From the NCBI GenBank assembly GCA_003131365.1, contig PKVB01000165.1, forward strand, positions 32,785-65,208: 32,424 nt of DNA. Reading direction: 5' to 3'. The position numbers were made by a program, and so were the translations under genes. This stretch comes from Gemmatimonadota bacterium. GTDB taxonomy: Bacteria; Gemmatimonadota; Gemmatimonadetes; Gemmatimonadales; Gemmatimonadaceae. Below, one piece after another: positions 1 through 9,072 of the stretch; position 1 is the stretch's first letter; every line of letters starts with the position of its first letter. The notes under the pieces were generated by a model. It ran no database searches, was not told the DNA's origin, and saw nothing but the letters and a program-made list of their open reading frames with translations.

Positions 1-221
1 GCCGCCGCCACACCCGCCAGACGGATCGCTTCGCCGATCACGATCAGCGCGAGCCCCACTTCCCAGCGAAATGGAGAAGTGGATCCCGGCATCACCAGCG
101 GAATTCCCAGGAATAGAAGCGGCAGCCAGCCGCGGTGACGGAACAATACGGCGCCGATCTGGGCGGGAATCGACTGCTCCGTCGCGCTTGCGCCGTCGGG
201 CACCCGCCCCGGATTGCTCAA
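1..221 (-). CDS. Partial membrane methyltransferase-like protein (isoprenylcysteine carboxyl methyltransferase/PEMT family), runs off the window edge
   Basis: Manual translation from TTG at 221, which overlaps the thioesterase stop (TTGA): ...GAVLFRHRGWLPLLFLGIPLVMPG...GLALIVIGEAIRLAGVAA. Hydrophobic helices and the GEAIRL segment resemble ICMT-family N-termini. Not in the ORF track. Confidence 0.6.
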   Translation of the reverse strand, partial: MSNPGRVPDGASATEQSIPAQIGAVLFRHRGWLPLLFLGIPLVMPGSTSPFRWEVGLALIVIGEAIRLAGVAA

Positions 222-628
222 CGGGCCTTTTCCTCTTCCCACGGAGCGAAGAGCGTCCGCCATTGATCGGGCACGGGAATCGGCTTTCCCTCGTGTGACA
301 CGGTCACGTAGACGATCGACGCATCGCAAACCACCGCGCCGTGCTGATTCCGTACCTCCTGCCGTACGACGAAGCTGGTATTCCCGACGGAAGTGAGTCC
401 CGTTCGGATGGTTAGATCGTCGCCGGGGAAGGTCTGAGCCTGATACGACGCCTCGACCTTTCGCACCACCGCCCACAGGCTCGACTTCATGTACTCGTCG
501 TACGACATGTGGCTTTCGAGTGCTGACCAGCGCGCTCGCTCCAGCAACGTCAGCATGTGGGCGTGATTGACGTGCCCCACCGAGTCGCAGTCGCTTGGAT
601 AAATGTGAATCTTGAGGTTTTCCGTCAT
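218..628 (-). CDS. Acyl-CoA thioesterase (4HBT/YbgC-FadM hot-dog fold)
   Basis: SDCDSVGHVNHAHMLTLLERAR matches the D-x-D-x-x-GHVNN motif; 136 aa, typical size. Confidence 0.9.
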   Translation of the reverse strand: MTENLKIHIYPSDCDSVGHVNHAHMLTLLERARWSALESHMSYDEYMKSSLWAVVRKVEASYQAQTFPGDDLTIRTGLTSVGNTSFVVRQEVRNQHGAVVCDASIVYVTVSHEGKPIPVPDQWRTLFAPWEEEKAR

Positions 629-703
629 CTGATTGTCGAATGAGTGGCGAGCGACGAAAGTTAACGCCCGAGGACCGCGACACCATTAAACCGCTAGATT
701 TCG

Positions 704-1852
704 GTGATGCCTCCCGCCAAAACGGAGAGCGCTATCTATCTCGACCAGATACCCGACGTAGACCGCTTTCTTACCGAAATATCGAACGTGAAAGAGCTCG
801 CCCTTGATACGGAAGGAGCGAGCTTCCATCGTTTTCTCGATCGCATCTACCTGCTCCAGATCTCGACCCGCGAGGAAAGCGCGATCATCGACCCGCTACC
901 GATCGGATCGCCCGCGAAACTGGGCCAGCTGCTCGAGAGCAAGAGCGTAGAAGTCGTCTTTCACGACGCCGACTACGATCTGCGGCTGCTGCACCAGGAC
1001 TACGGCTGGCACGCCACCAACATCTTCGATACGCGGGTCGCGTCGCAGCTGCTGGGAATCAAGTCGTTCGGGCTCGCGGCGCTGCTCGAGCAGTACTTCC
1101 AGGTGAAGCTGGACAAGAAGCACCAGCGCGCCGACTGGTCGATGCGTCCCCTCACGGCTGACATGCTTGCATACGCCGCGGAGGACACCCGCTACCTGCT
1201 CCAGCTCAAGGATCTCATGAAGGGTGAGCTGAAGAATCGCGGCCGCATGCACTGGGCCGAGGAAGAGTTCGCACGCCTCGAGGGAACGCGCTGGGATGCC
1301 GAGGACAGCATGGAGGGATTTCTCCGCATCAAGGGCGCGCGCGACCTCTCCCGACGCGAGCTCGCCGTTCTGCGTGAGGTCGCCAACTGGCGCAACACTG
1401 TCGCGGCGCAGCTCGATCGCGCGACGTTCCGGGTGATGGGTAACGAGGTCCTGCTCGAGATTGCTCGCCGAGCGCCGAAGAGCACCTCGGAGCTGGGCGC
1501 AATCAAGGGGATGCCCAAGGGAATGATGGATCGCGCCGGAGCAGAGATCGTCGCCGCGATTGGCCGTGGGATGAGCGCGCCCGAGGCGGATCTGCCGAAA
1601 TTTCCAAAGGGTCAGCGCTGGAACAAGGATCGCGATTTCGACGACAAGGTCAATCGCCTCAAGGCGGTGCGGGATGCCGCGGCGACGAGGCTGGGGCTGG
1701 ATCCGGGCGTGCTGTGCTCGCGGGAGAGACTGGAGAACGTCGCGCGCAGCGGAGCAAAGACGGTCGAGGATCTTGTCGCGGTTCCAGATCTACGGCGATG
1801 GCAGATCGAGGAAATGGGGGAAGGTTTTGTTCGGGCGTTGCAGCCGGCGTAG
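704..1852 (+). CDS. rnd: Ribonuclease D (DEDDy 3'-5' exonuclease with HRDC domains)
   Basis: LALDTEG, VFHDADYD, FDTRVA, ADWSMRPL..YAAED exonuclease motifs plus C-terminal HRDC-like regions. The true start may be ATG 707. Confidence 0.92.
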   Translation: MMPPAKTESAIYLDQIPDVDRFLTEISNVKELALDTEGASFHRFLDRIYLLQISTREESAIIDPLPIGSPAKLGQLLESKSVEVVFHDADYDLRLLHQDYGWHATNIFDTRVASQLLGIKSFGLAALLEQYFQVKLDKKHQRADWSMRPLTADMLAYAAEDTRYLLQLKDLMKGELKNRGRMHWAEEEFARLEGTRWDAEDSMEGFLRIKGARDLSRRELAVLREVANWRNTVAAQLDRATFRVMGNEVLLEIARRAPKSTSELGAIKGMPKGMMDRAGAEIVAAIGRGMSAPEADLPKFPKGQRWNKDRDFDDKVNRLKAVRDAAATRLGLDPGVLCSRERLENVARSGAKTVEDLVAVPDLRRWQIEEMGEGFVRALQPA

Positions 1853-1863
1853 AGAACCGCCGA

Positions 1864-2820
1864 TCATTCCGGCTCCTTGAACAGAAATCGCTGCCTCATC
1901 CTCGTCGCCACAGCGCAGTCGCCCAGGTGCGCCGGGTGGTACCGCGTCCGACCCAACGCATCGAGCACCGACGTCACGAAGTCCCGATAGGTGGCGCTCA
2001 CAAGCTCGATCGACTCGGCGGCGATCGTGCCGTCAGGCTCGACGGTGAACGCGAGCATCACGCTGTCCTCGATACCGGCCAGACGCGCGGTGTAGGGATA
2101 CTTCGCATCCACGCCCGCCGCCGGCATCGAGGCGTAGCTGAATGGCCACGCGTACCGTGGCACCAACGCCCGGAACACGTGGCGAACCGTCGGAACCGTG
2201 TCCGGCTCCTCCTCGGTGACGATCTGCAGCAAGACCAAAATCGAATCGACATTGCCGACGGGGGGCACCAGCTGCTCGCGCGACATCGATTGCAGCGCGG
2301 AATTCACGCTGTCGGCGAATCGCGGCGTCTGCGCCGCATCGATCACCACTATGTCCGACAACCGGCCGTCGTTGTGCGCCGTTGCGTACGCTACCGCCCC
2401 CAGGCTCAGTACTCCGCCAACACATCGTGAGCCGAGCGAGTCGCACGGCTGGGAGCCCATCACGACGCTCAGCGGCAGCTTCGCCGGTACCTTGAAATGA
2501 AAGCGAAATTCCTCGACGAACATGTTCTCGAAGTCGGGCGGCAGCTTGACCTTCGGATCCTGCGGGCTAACTGTCATTTTTACGATCGTCGAGATCGAAT
2601 CAGCTGCGTGCAGGGTGTCGAGGCAGTTGACACTGTCGGCTGGCGACCGGTGGGCAGACGCGGTCCTGTTACGAGGTTGTGGATTCGTCGCGCAGGCGAC
2701 CGCGAACACGACCGCCGCGAGGGTTACACCGCTGAAGTGAAGAACCCCATTGCGGTGAGCCGAACCCGCGGGTCTTTCAGGGCGCACCCGCTCAATTGTA
2801 TCGGGTGACCGCTCTGTCAC
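1864..2820 (-). CDS. Putative lipoprotein with C-terminal TonB-like domain
   Basis: C-terminus KYPYTARLAGIEDSVMLAFTVEPDG...RYHPA..GDCAVA is TonB_C-like; lipobox-like VVFAVAC. Start set at the GTG (2820) overlapping the upstream TAG; the ORF-track extension to 2970 overlaps the DUF59 gene. Confidence 0.7.
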   Translation of the reverse strand: MTERSPDTIERVRPERPAGSAHRNGVLHFSGVTLAAVVFAVACATNPQPRNRTASAHRSPADSVNCLDTLHAADSISTIVKMTVSPQDPKVKLPPDFENMFVEEFRFHFKVPAKLPLSVVMGSQPCDSLGSRCVGGVLSLGAVAYATAHNDGRLSDIVVIDAAQTPRFADSVNSALQSMSREQLVPPVGNVDSILVLLQIVTEEEPDTVPTVRHVFRALVPRYAWPFSYASMPAAGVDAKYPYTARLAGIEDSVMLAFTVEPDGTIAAESIELVSATYRDFVTSVLDALGRTRYHPAHLGDCAVATRMRQRFLFKEPE

Positions 2821-3173
2821 TAGAAGCCGAGGTACGCCCTCACTCGCGGCTCCATCTTCTCGGGCGTCCAGAAGGGCATCCAGACGAGATTCACTTCCAC
2901 CTTCTCTACGCCGGGCAGCTTTTTCACTTCCGTCTCGGCGTTCGTCATCAGCTCCGGACCCGACGGGCACGCAGGCGACGTGAGGGTCATATCGACCTTG
3001 ACGGTCGTGCCGTCGACGGCGATTCCGTAGACCAAACCCAGATCAATGATGTTGAGCTGGAGGTCCGGATCCTTGACCCGTCGAAGCGCGAGCTTGACCT
3101 GGTCTTCGGATACTACGCCGGTCGTGGCAGGGACTTCAGTCGGAGTTGGGGTTGTGGCTGATTCGTCGCTCAT
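2820..3173 (-). CDS. Metal-sulfur cluster assembly factor (DUF59/SufT/PaaD-like)
   Basis: VKDPDLQLNIIDLGLVY, MTLTSPACP and VWMPFWTPEKM are hallmark DUF59 motifs. Confidence 0.92.
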   Translation of the reverse strand: MSDESATTPTPTEVPATTGVVSEDQVKLALRRVKDPDLQLNIIDLGLVYGIAVDGTTVKVDMTLTSPACPSGPELMTNAETEVKKLPGVEKVEVNLVWMPFWTPEKMEPRVRAYLGF

Positions 3174-3220
3174 TCAGGATTCCGTGTTGGCTACCGAATA
3201 ATCACCAGCTTGACGTCTTT

Positions 3221-3256
3221 GAAACAAGAGCGGGCGCCCTTTCGGGCGCCCGCTCT
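3221..3256 (-). terminator. Probable intrinsic terminator of the serine hydrolase gene
   Basis: Perfect 13-bp stem AGAGCGGGCGCCC (3227-3239)/GGGCGCCCGCTCT (3244-3256), GAAA loop on the minus strand, followed by TGTTTC; about 20 nt past the stop at 3276. Confidence 0.8.
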
Positions 3257-3275
3257 CTGTCCGTTCGAATCTGGC

Positions 3276-4613
3276 CTAACGGCTCTTCTTGGAGGCCTTC
3301 TTGGAGGCACTCTTCTTCGCCGCGCCAGCGCGGCTTCTTGAAGTAGCGCTGGCGATCGTGTGGTGACGGGATGACCCGTGACGGCGTCGCGACGCGCGCG
3401 GTGGCGGATTCCAGCCGACTTCGCGGTCGGCGCGGAAGGCCTTGGATCCGGAGGCGAGCTTCGGCCCGTCGAGGACGGAGAGAACCGCCGCATCCGACAG
3501 ATCGGCACGGACATCGGAGATGACCTTCGCCGGTCTGAGCGCGCGCGCTGCGTGCACGCGGTTGGTGAGAAGGATCACGAACATCTCGCGCTCGGGATCG
3601 ATCCACATCGAGGTGCCGGTGAATCCAGTGTGGCCGTAGGCGGTCGGTCCCAGGTATCGGCCCGATCCGTAGTCTCCCTCAGCCGTGTCCCAGCCGAGCG
3701 CCCGGTGCCCGAACGCCCGCGAGGTAAAGAGCTCGACGGTCGGCTTGGTGATGATCTGGACGCCGTTGTACTCGCCGCCATTGAGCATCATTTGCGCGAA
3801 CACCGAAAGATCGGCCGCAGTGCTGAAGAGGCCAGCGTGTCCCGCCACGCCACCCAGCGCGTACGCGTTTTCGTCGTGGACCTCGCCTCTCAACGGGTAG
3901 CCGCGGGGCGGAGTGACTTCGGTTGGAGCAATACGATATTTCAACGAATCGGCGGGGCGATACATCGTCTCGTTCATGCCGAGCGGCTCGAATACGCGGC
4001 GCGTCAGGAACTTGTCGAGCGGCTCACCGGAGACGACCTCGATCAGGAGTCCCAGAACATCCGCACCGAGATCCGAGTAGATGTACTGAGCGCCGGGACG
4101 GCCCTCCAGCGGAGTGTTCAGAACCAGGGCACGCGCTTCGAGCGGGGTCTGGGCGATGCGCCAGATGTCCCTGCCCGCCGGGAGTCCGGAGGTGTGGGTG
4201 AGAAGCTGGCGGATGGTGACTTTGTCCTTGTCGCCGCCACCGAATGTGGGGATGTAGTTAACGACCGGGTCGTCGAGCCCGATCTTCTTTTCGTCAAAAA
4301 GGATCATGATCGCCGTAGTGGTGCCGACGACCTTGCTGAGAGATGCTATGTCGTAAATCGTGCGCTGGGCATCGACCGGCGTGCTGTTCTCGCTCCAGGA
4401 GAGCTTGCCAAAGCCTTTCTCGAACACCGCCGCCCCCTTTCTGCCCACGATGACCGAGGCGCCCGGGTAGCCTCCAGCTTTGATTCCGCGCTCAACCACG
4501 CGCTCGATCGCCCCCAGACGGGTGCTGGACATACCGACTTCAGTCGGTGACTTGACCGGCAGGCCATCGCCCGCTCGGGTCATCGTCAGGGCAGTGAGAA
4601 TGACTCTAAGCAA
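3276..4613 (-). CDS. Serine hydrolase, beta-lactamase/AmpC superfamily (AmiE/YbbE-like), with basic C-terminal tail
   Basis: SxxK (ASLSK), YSD, HTG triad and GEVHDENAYALGGVAGHAGLFST; TTG start preceded by AAGGAG. Confidence 0.88.
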   Translation of the reverse strand: MLRVILTALTMTRAGDGLPVKSPTEVGMSSTRLGAIERVVERGIKAGGYPGASVIVGRKGAAVFEKGFGKLSWSENSTPVDAQRTIYDIASLSKVVGTTTAIMILFDEKKIGLDDPVVNYIPTFGGGDKDKVTIRQLLTHTSGLPAGRDIWRIAQTPLEARALVLNTPLEGRPGAQYIYSDLGADVLGLLIEVVSGEPLDKFLTRRVFEPLGMNETMYRPADSLKYRIAPTEVTPPRGYPLRGEVHDENAYALGGVAGHAGLFSTAADLSVFAQMMLNGGEYNGVQIITKPTVELFTSRAFGHRALGWDTAEGDYGSGRYLGPTAYGHTGFTGTSMWIDPEREMFVILLTNRVHAARALRPAKVISDVRADLSDAAVLSVLDGPKLASGSKAFRADREVGWNPPPRASRRRHGSSRHHTIASATSRSRAGAAKKSASKKASKKSR

Positions 4614-4780
4614 CGCTAACTCCTTGGACTACTGTAATTTATACTGTCCGCGAGAGCCGAAGTTCCGACCCGGCCGGGATAGAGACCTGCTGCTTCGCGG
4701 GAAGGGCGAGGCGTACGCTTGCAAACGATTGCATAGAGGGAAAGTCACCAGTTTTCAAGGAAACTATAGGCTCAAGTGCG

Positions 4781-5380
4781 GTGACTAATCAAGAGCCCGA
4801 GATGCCATTCGATCAGCTCGACCTCAAGCGCGCGATAGCCGGCGACGAAAGGGCGATGCAGCGGCTTTGGTCGCAGCATGCTCCGCACATCGACGCCGTA
4901 GTTCGCAGGCTTTGTGACGATTCCGAGCTGGCCGCTGACATCTCGCAGGAGGTCTGGATGCAGATTTTCCGGGCACTACCAAGCTATCGGGGCGACTCGC
5001 AGTTCGGAACATGGGCCCACCGCATCGCGGTGAACCGCACTCTGAATGCATTACGCAAAATCAGGCGCATCGCGAAACTGGAAGTGGACATTGAAGACGA
5101 CTCCGCGATTACCGAGCAGGATAGCGACCGGACATTCGTGGCGGAGTCGATCGAGCAGGCGATGACCAAGCTGTCGCCCGGGGCCAGGACGGTGTTCGTC
5201 CTTCATGACATCGAAGGGTACACCCATGGCGAGATCGGAGAGGAGCTCGGAATCACGTCGGGCGGATCGAAATCGCAATTGTTCAAGGCGCGCGCAAAGC
5301 TGAAGAAGCTGCTCGCGCATCTGGTGGATGAATCATCAACCGTCGCAGTAAAGGGGAAGGGATATGTCGCACCTGTCTGA
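4781..5380 (+). CDS. ECF RNA polymerase sigma factor
   Basis: Region 2 (AADISQEVWMQIF..L.SYRGDSQFGTWAHRIAVN) and region 4 (LSPGARTVFVLHDIEGYTHGEIGEELGI..GGSKSQLFKAR). Start GTG 4781 or ATG 4802. Confidence 0.93.
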   Translation: MTNQEPEMPFDQLDLKRAIAGDERAMQRLWSQHAPHIDAVVRRLCDDSELAADISQEVWMQIFRALPSYRGDSQFGTWAHRIAVNRTLNALRKIRRIAKLEVDIEDDSAITEQDSDRTFVAESIEQAMTKLSPGARTVFVLHDIEGYTHGEIGEELGITSGGSKSQLFKARAKLKKLLAHLVDESSTVAVKGKGYVAPV

Positions 5381-5984
5381 AGAGCAGCTGGACCAGATCA
5401 TCGCAGCGGAGCGCTCGCGCGAGCAGGCCCCGCTCAACGAGTGGCGCACGATCGCCGCGCGGGCTCGAGAGGAAGGACTCATTCGCGACTCACAGTCATC
5501 GCGACGGTGGGCTTCCAGCCAACCATGGCTGCAGTCCGCCGCGGCCGTACTGCTCCTCGTAGGCGGAGTCGCCATTGGCCGGGCGACGATAGCGTTACCG
5601 AGCGCAGTCGAAGGCTCGACGGTCAGCGCGACGCCGCCGGCGATGACGGCGACCAGCGCGAACAAGCCGTCCGGTTCGGCCCCGAGCAGCGCGAGCTTCG
5701 CGTCCGTGGACGAGGCGTCGGCCGCGCTCAATCAGGCAGTCGACGCGTATCAGCGCGCGTCAGAGTTCCTCGCCGTCAACAATGCGTCGGTGGGCAGCGG
5801 AGACAGCGTGGCGATGTACTCGGCGCGAGCGGCGGCACTCGACAAGATCGAAAACGCGACGGTGAGCGCACTGCGGACGGCACCGCATGATCCCGTGCTC
5901 AACCAGTACTACCTGGCGACGATGGGTGCGCGCGTGGCCACGCAGCAGATGGTCGCGCGTCCGGTTGGGCTGAGGGGGTTCTAG
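5364..5984 (+). CDS. Putative single-pass anti-sigma factor
   Basis: Overlaps the sigma stop; MSHLSEEQL N-terminus, one hydrophobic helix (AAAVLLLVGGVAIG), then an Ala/Ser/Pro linker and helical domain. Function inferred from position. Confidence 0.6.
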   Translation: MSHLSEEQLDQIIAAERSREQAPLNEWRTIAARAREEGLIRDSQSSRRWASSQPWLQSAAAVLLLVGGVAIGRATIALPSAVEGSTVSATPPAMTATSANKPSGSAPSSASFASVDEASAALNQAVDAYQRASEFLAVNNASVGSGDSVAMYSARAAALDKIENATVSALRTAPHDPVLNQYYLATMGARVATQQMVARPVGLRGF

Positions 5985-5987
5985 TCA

Positions 5988-6854
5988 ATGGTCAGGGAAA
6001 TGAAGGTCTCAACTTCGAGAAACGCGTCGCGGCTTCCATTTGCCCTGATCGCATCGCTCGCTCTGCCTTTCGGAATCCAGGCACAGCGCGCGCCGGCCGT
6101 GATAGTGCAGCCGCCCACGGGCTGGTTTGGAGTGAGGATCTCGGACCAGGCAATGATCGATGAGCGCGGCAATGCATTCTTTGATTCTTATCCAGTGGTC
6201 ACCAGCGTCGACTCCAGCTCGCCCGCGGCGAAGGCCGGTGTACGGCCGGGTGACGTGTTGCTCACATTCAACTCGCACGATATGCGCGGCGGCTCGGTGG
6301 AGCTAAGCAAGTGGCTCAAAGCCGGCGCGCCGTTCGTGCTGAAAATCAGACGCAACGATGCGACGCGCGTCGTCAAGGGAACGCTCGAGAAACGTCCCGA
6401 CAACTGGGAGCAGAAGATGACCGTCGAGCTTTCGGTGCCGGAAATCATGGAGCGGCAGAGCGGATCCATCGCCCGGCCCCTGATTCGGCGAGCGGGGACA
6501 CTGCGCCGCATGCCCTCGACTGACCCATTGCCATCCGTTCTTGGTCCAGCGCTGGGATATGGAGGCGGAGTCTATCCGTTCGCGGGCGCCGAATTCACGG
6601 CCCTGAACCAGGACCTCTCCGACGCGCTAGGTGTGAAGCCCGAAGGCGTGTTCGTGACGAACGTGGTCGAAGGTTCGGCGGCGAGGACGGCCGGACTACG
6701 CGGCGGCGACGTCATCGTGAAGGCGGACAGCATAAAGATCGAGAACCCAATCGATCTCGTGCGCGCGATCAGGATCGCCGACGAGACCGACCGCACGGTC
6801 GACCTCCAGATCGTCCGCAAGCGGAAGGCGCAATCGTTGACGCTGCGCTGGTAA
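5988..6854 (+). CDS. Secreted protein with two PDZ domains
   Basis: Signal-peptide-like N-terminus; PDZ motifs VVTSVDSSSPAAKAGVRPGDVL and VFVTNVVEGSAARTAGLRGGDVIV; no trypsin GNSGG motif. Confidence 0.85.
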   Translation: MVREMKVSTSRNASRLPFALIASLALPFGIQAQRAPAVIVQPPTGWFGVRISDQAMIDERGNAFFDSYPVVTSVDSSSPAAKAGVRPGDVLLTFNSHDMRGGSVELSKWLKAGAPFVLKIRRNDATRVVKGTLEKRPDNWEQKMTVELSVPEIMERQSGSIARPLIRRAGTLRRMPSTDPLPSVLGPALGYGGGVYPFAGAEFTALNQDLSDALGVKPEGVFVTNVVEGSAARTAGLRGGDVIVKADSIKIENPIDLVRAIRIADETDRTVDLQIVRKRKAQSLTLRW

Positions 6855-6858
6855 CTCG

Positions 6859-7782
6859 CTACAAAGGCGGAAGCTTCATCGTTTCGGGGAGCAGCGATGT
6901 GTGAATCGCGATGGCGGCGACGGCCCCGCTCGCTGCGGCGACGATCGCCAACTGCGGACCCGGCGCAATGTCCCCCGCGGCGAAGACGTTTTTCACCCAG
7001 GTGTGATTGCCCTCATCGATGATGAGCCGACCCATCTCGTCGCGCTTGCATCCGAGCTGCGCGCCGAGGTCGTCGGAAGGATATTGGCCGATCGCGAAGT
7101 AGAGTCGCTCGCAATCGAGCGACATCGCGCCTTCCAGCTCTAGCCCTGTAATCTCGCTGGCCCTCGACAGGACGCAGTTGATCGGTTCGTCCAGGACCGG
7201 GATGTTGAGCGCCTTGAGCTTGTCGAGCAGAATCTGGCTCATCTCCGCCTTCTCGCCATTCGTGCAGATGACTATCTGCCGCGTCCACGTCGCTAGCGCC
7301 AACGCCATTCCGACTGCCTTCCGACCCGTGCCGACGACGACGGTCTTCTTGTCACGCGTCTCGTAACCGTCACAGTCGGGGCAGACATGAACGGTCTCGC
7401 CGTAACAGCGCTCGAGCCCGGGAATGTCGGGCCAAAAATCCTGGATGCCGATCGCGAGCAGAACTCTGCGGGCCTCTATCTTCGATCCGTCGCGAAGGCA
7501 GATGGCGAACAGCTCACCGGTCTCATTGATCGCCTGATCGACGATGCCGCTCACGAACTCTACGCCGTACTCGGCGCATTCGGCGCGACCGAGCGAACGC
7601 AGCTCGGGAGAGCGGATGCCCTGGTGGCCGAGGTAGCCGTTGATGCCGCGAGTCTCCCAGTTGCGGGGATCACCGGAGTCGACGACCACGACTGTGTGGA
7701 GATAGCGGGCGAGCCAGAGCGCGGCACAGAGTCCGGCGGGACCGCCGCCGACTACCGCAACATCGTAACGTTGTGCGGGCAT
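6859..7782 (-). CDS. NAD(P)/FAD-dependent oxidoreductase, thioredoxin-reductase-like
   Basis: DVAVVGGGPAG, CPDCDG redox motif and VFAAGD FAD motif. Confidence 0.9.
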   Translation of the reverse strand: MPAQRYDVAVVGGGPAGLCAALWLARYLHTVVVVDSGDPRNWETRGINGYLGHQGIRSPELRSLGRAECAEYGVEFVSGIVDQAINETGELFAICLRDGSKIEARRVLLAIGIQDFWPDIPGLERCYGETVHVCPDCDGYETRDKKTVVVGTGRKAVGMALALATWTRQIVICTNGEKAEMSQILLDKLKALNIPVLDEPINCVLSRASEITGLELEGAMSLDCERLYFAIGQYPSDDLGAQLGCKRDEMGRLIIDEGNHTWVKNVFAAGDIAPGPQLAIVAAASGAVAAIAIHTSLLPETMKLPPL

Positions 7783-7838
7783 GCGGGGCTGGGGTGCAAG
7801 TTCGATTCCTTACACCACTCGGGATTAGATTTCTGCCA

Positions 7839-9071
7839 ATGAAAATCGCGGTTCTCGACCCGGCCAGCGGCATCGCCGGAGATATGTTCCTCGGCGCTCT
7901 CGTCGACGTCGGGCTCGACAAGGCCTGGCTTGAGCGACTGCCATCCGCGCTGGGATTGTCGGGAGTCAATGTTCGCATCACCGACGTGCAGCGCTCACAG
8001 GTTCACTGCGTCAAAGTGGACTTCGAGATTCCGCCGCAACCGCACGGCAGAGCGGTCTCCGAGATACATCGACTCATTGATGCGGTAAAGATTCCGGAAA
8101 AAGTCGCGCGGTCGGCCCACGCGGCGTTCGAGGCGATCGCGGCGATCGAGAGCGCGATCCACGGTGTCGCGCCTGACGAGCTGCATCTGCACGAAGTCGG
8201 AGCGGTTGACGCGATTCTCGACATCGTCGGGTCGATTTGGGGCGTCGAGATGCTGGGTATCGAGCGCATTTACAATACGAAAGTCGCCCTTGGCGACGGC
8301 ACCGTGAAAACCGCGCACGGCGTCCTGCCCGTGCCGGCTCCGGCGACGATACGCCTGCTCGAGGGGTTCAACGTGCGGCACGGGCCGCCGGGATCGGGAG
8401 AACTGACGACGCCGACGGGAGCCGCGCTGCTACGCGTCCTGTCGAAGGGTGCGCCTCCGCACGAATACACTCCCCGGCAGAGCGGTTACGGCGCCGGCAC
8501 TCGCGACATCCACGAGCAGCTCAACGCGCTTCGCATAATTCTCGGCGAAGTCACGGTGGATCATCACGATCACCACCATGACCACCACCGCGAGCACGTG
8601 CACACGGAGCATCTCCATGTGTTGAGCGCTGACATCGACGACATGTCGCCGGAGGAGCTCGCGGGCGCCGCCGATGTCCTGCGGGCAGAAGGCGCGCTCG
8701 ACGTGGTGCTCCTGCACACGACCATGAAAAAAGGGCGACTCGGGACCCGCGTCGAAGCACTGGTACAGACATCGGATCTGGCCCGAATCGAGGAGAAGAT
8801 CTTCCTCCAGTTCACGACGCTGGGAGTGCAGACGTTCGACGTGGTGCGGAATGCGCTCGAGCGCGAGTCACGTCTTGTTCGATTCGATGGACGGGACATC
8901 CGGGTCAAGATCGCGACACTTCCGGACGGCACGCAGAGAGCGAAGCCCGAGTTCGACGATTTGCGTCGCGTCGCGGAAGAGACTTCACGACCGCTGGCAG
9001 AGATCCGTTCGGAAGTCATGAGCGCGCTCAACGACGCCGAGCTGGGCTCCTCCGCGTCGCGAGGGAGATGA
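7839..9071 (+). CDS. larC: Nickel pincer cofactor biosynthesis protein LarC (Ni insertase)
   Basis: MKIAVLDPASGIAGDMFLGAL, HLHEVGAVDAILDI, PVPAPAT, GELTTPTGAA, His-rich stretch, IDDMSPE, MKKGR, KPEFDD. Start reassigned to ATG 7839. Confidence 0.95.
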   Translation: MKIAVLDPASGIAGDMFLGALVDVGLDKAWLERLPSALGLSGVNVRITDVQRSQVHCVKVDFEIPPQPHGRAVSEIHRLIDAVKIPEKVARSAHAAFEAIAAIESAIHGVAPDELHLHEVGAVDAILDIVGSIWGVEMLGIERIYNTKVALGDGTVKTAHGVLPVPAPATIRLLEGFNVRHGPPGSGELTTPTGAALLRVLSKGAPPHEYTPRQSGYGAGTRDIHEQLNALRIILGEVTVDHHDHHHDHHREHVHTEHLHVLSADIDDMSPEELAGAADVLRAEGALDVVLLHTTMKKGRLGTRVEALVQTSDLARIEEKIFLQFTTLGVQTFDVVRNALERESRLVRFDGRDIRVKIATLPDGTQRAKPEFDDLRRVAEETSRPLAEIRSEVMSALNDAELGSSASRGR

Positions 9072-9072
9072 G

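Noticed and set aside
7839-9071. Programmed frameshift splitting larC into larC1/larC2
   Set aside because: The gene is one continuous frame through the His-rich junction.
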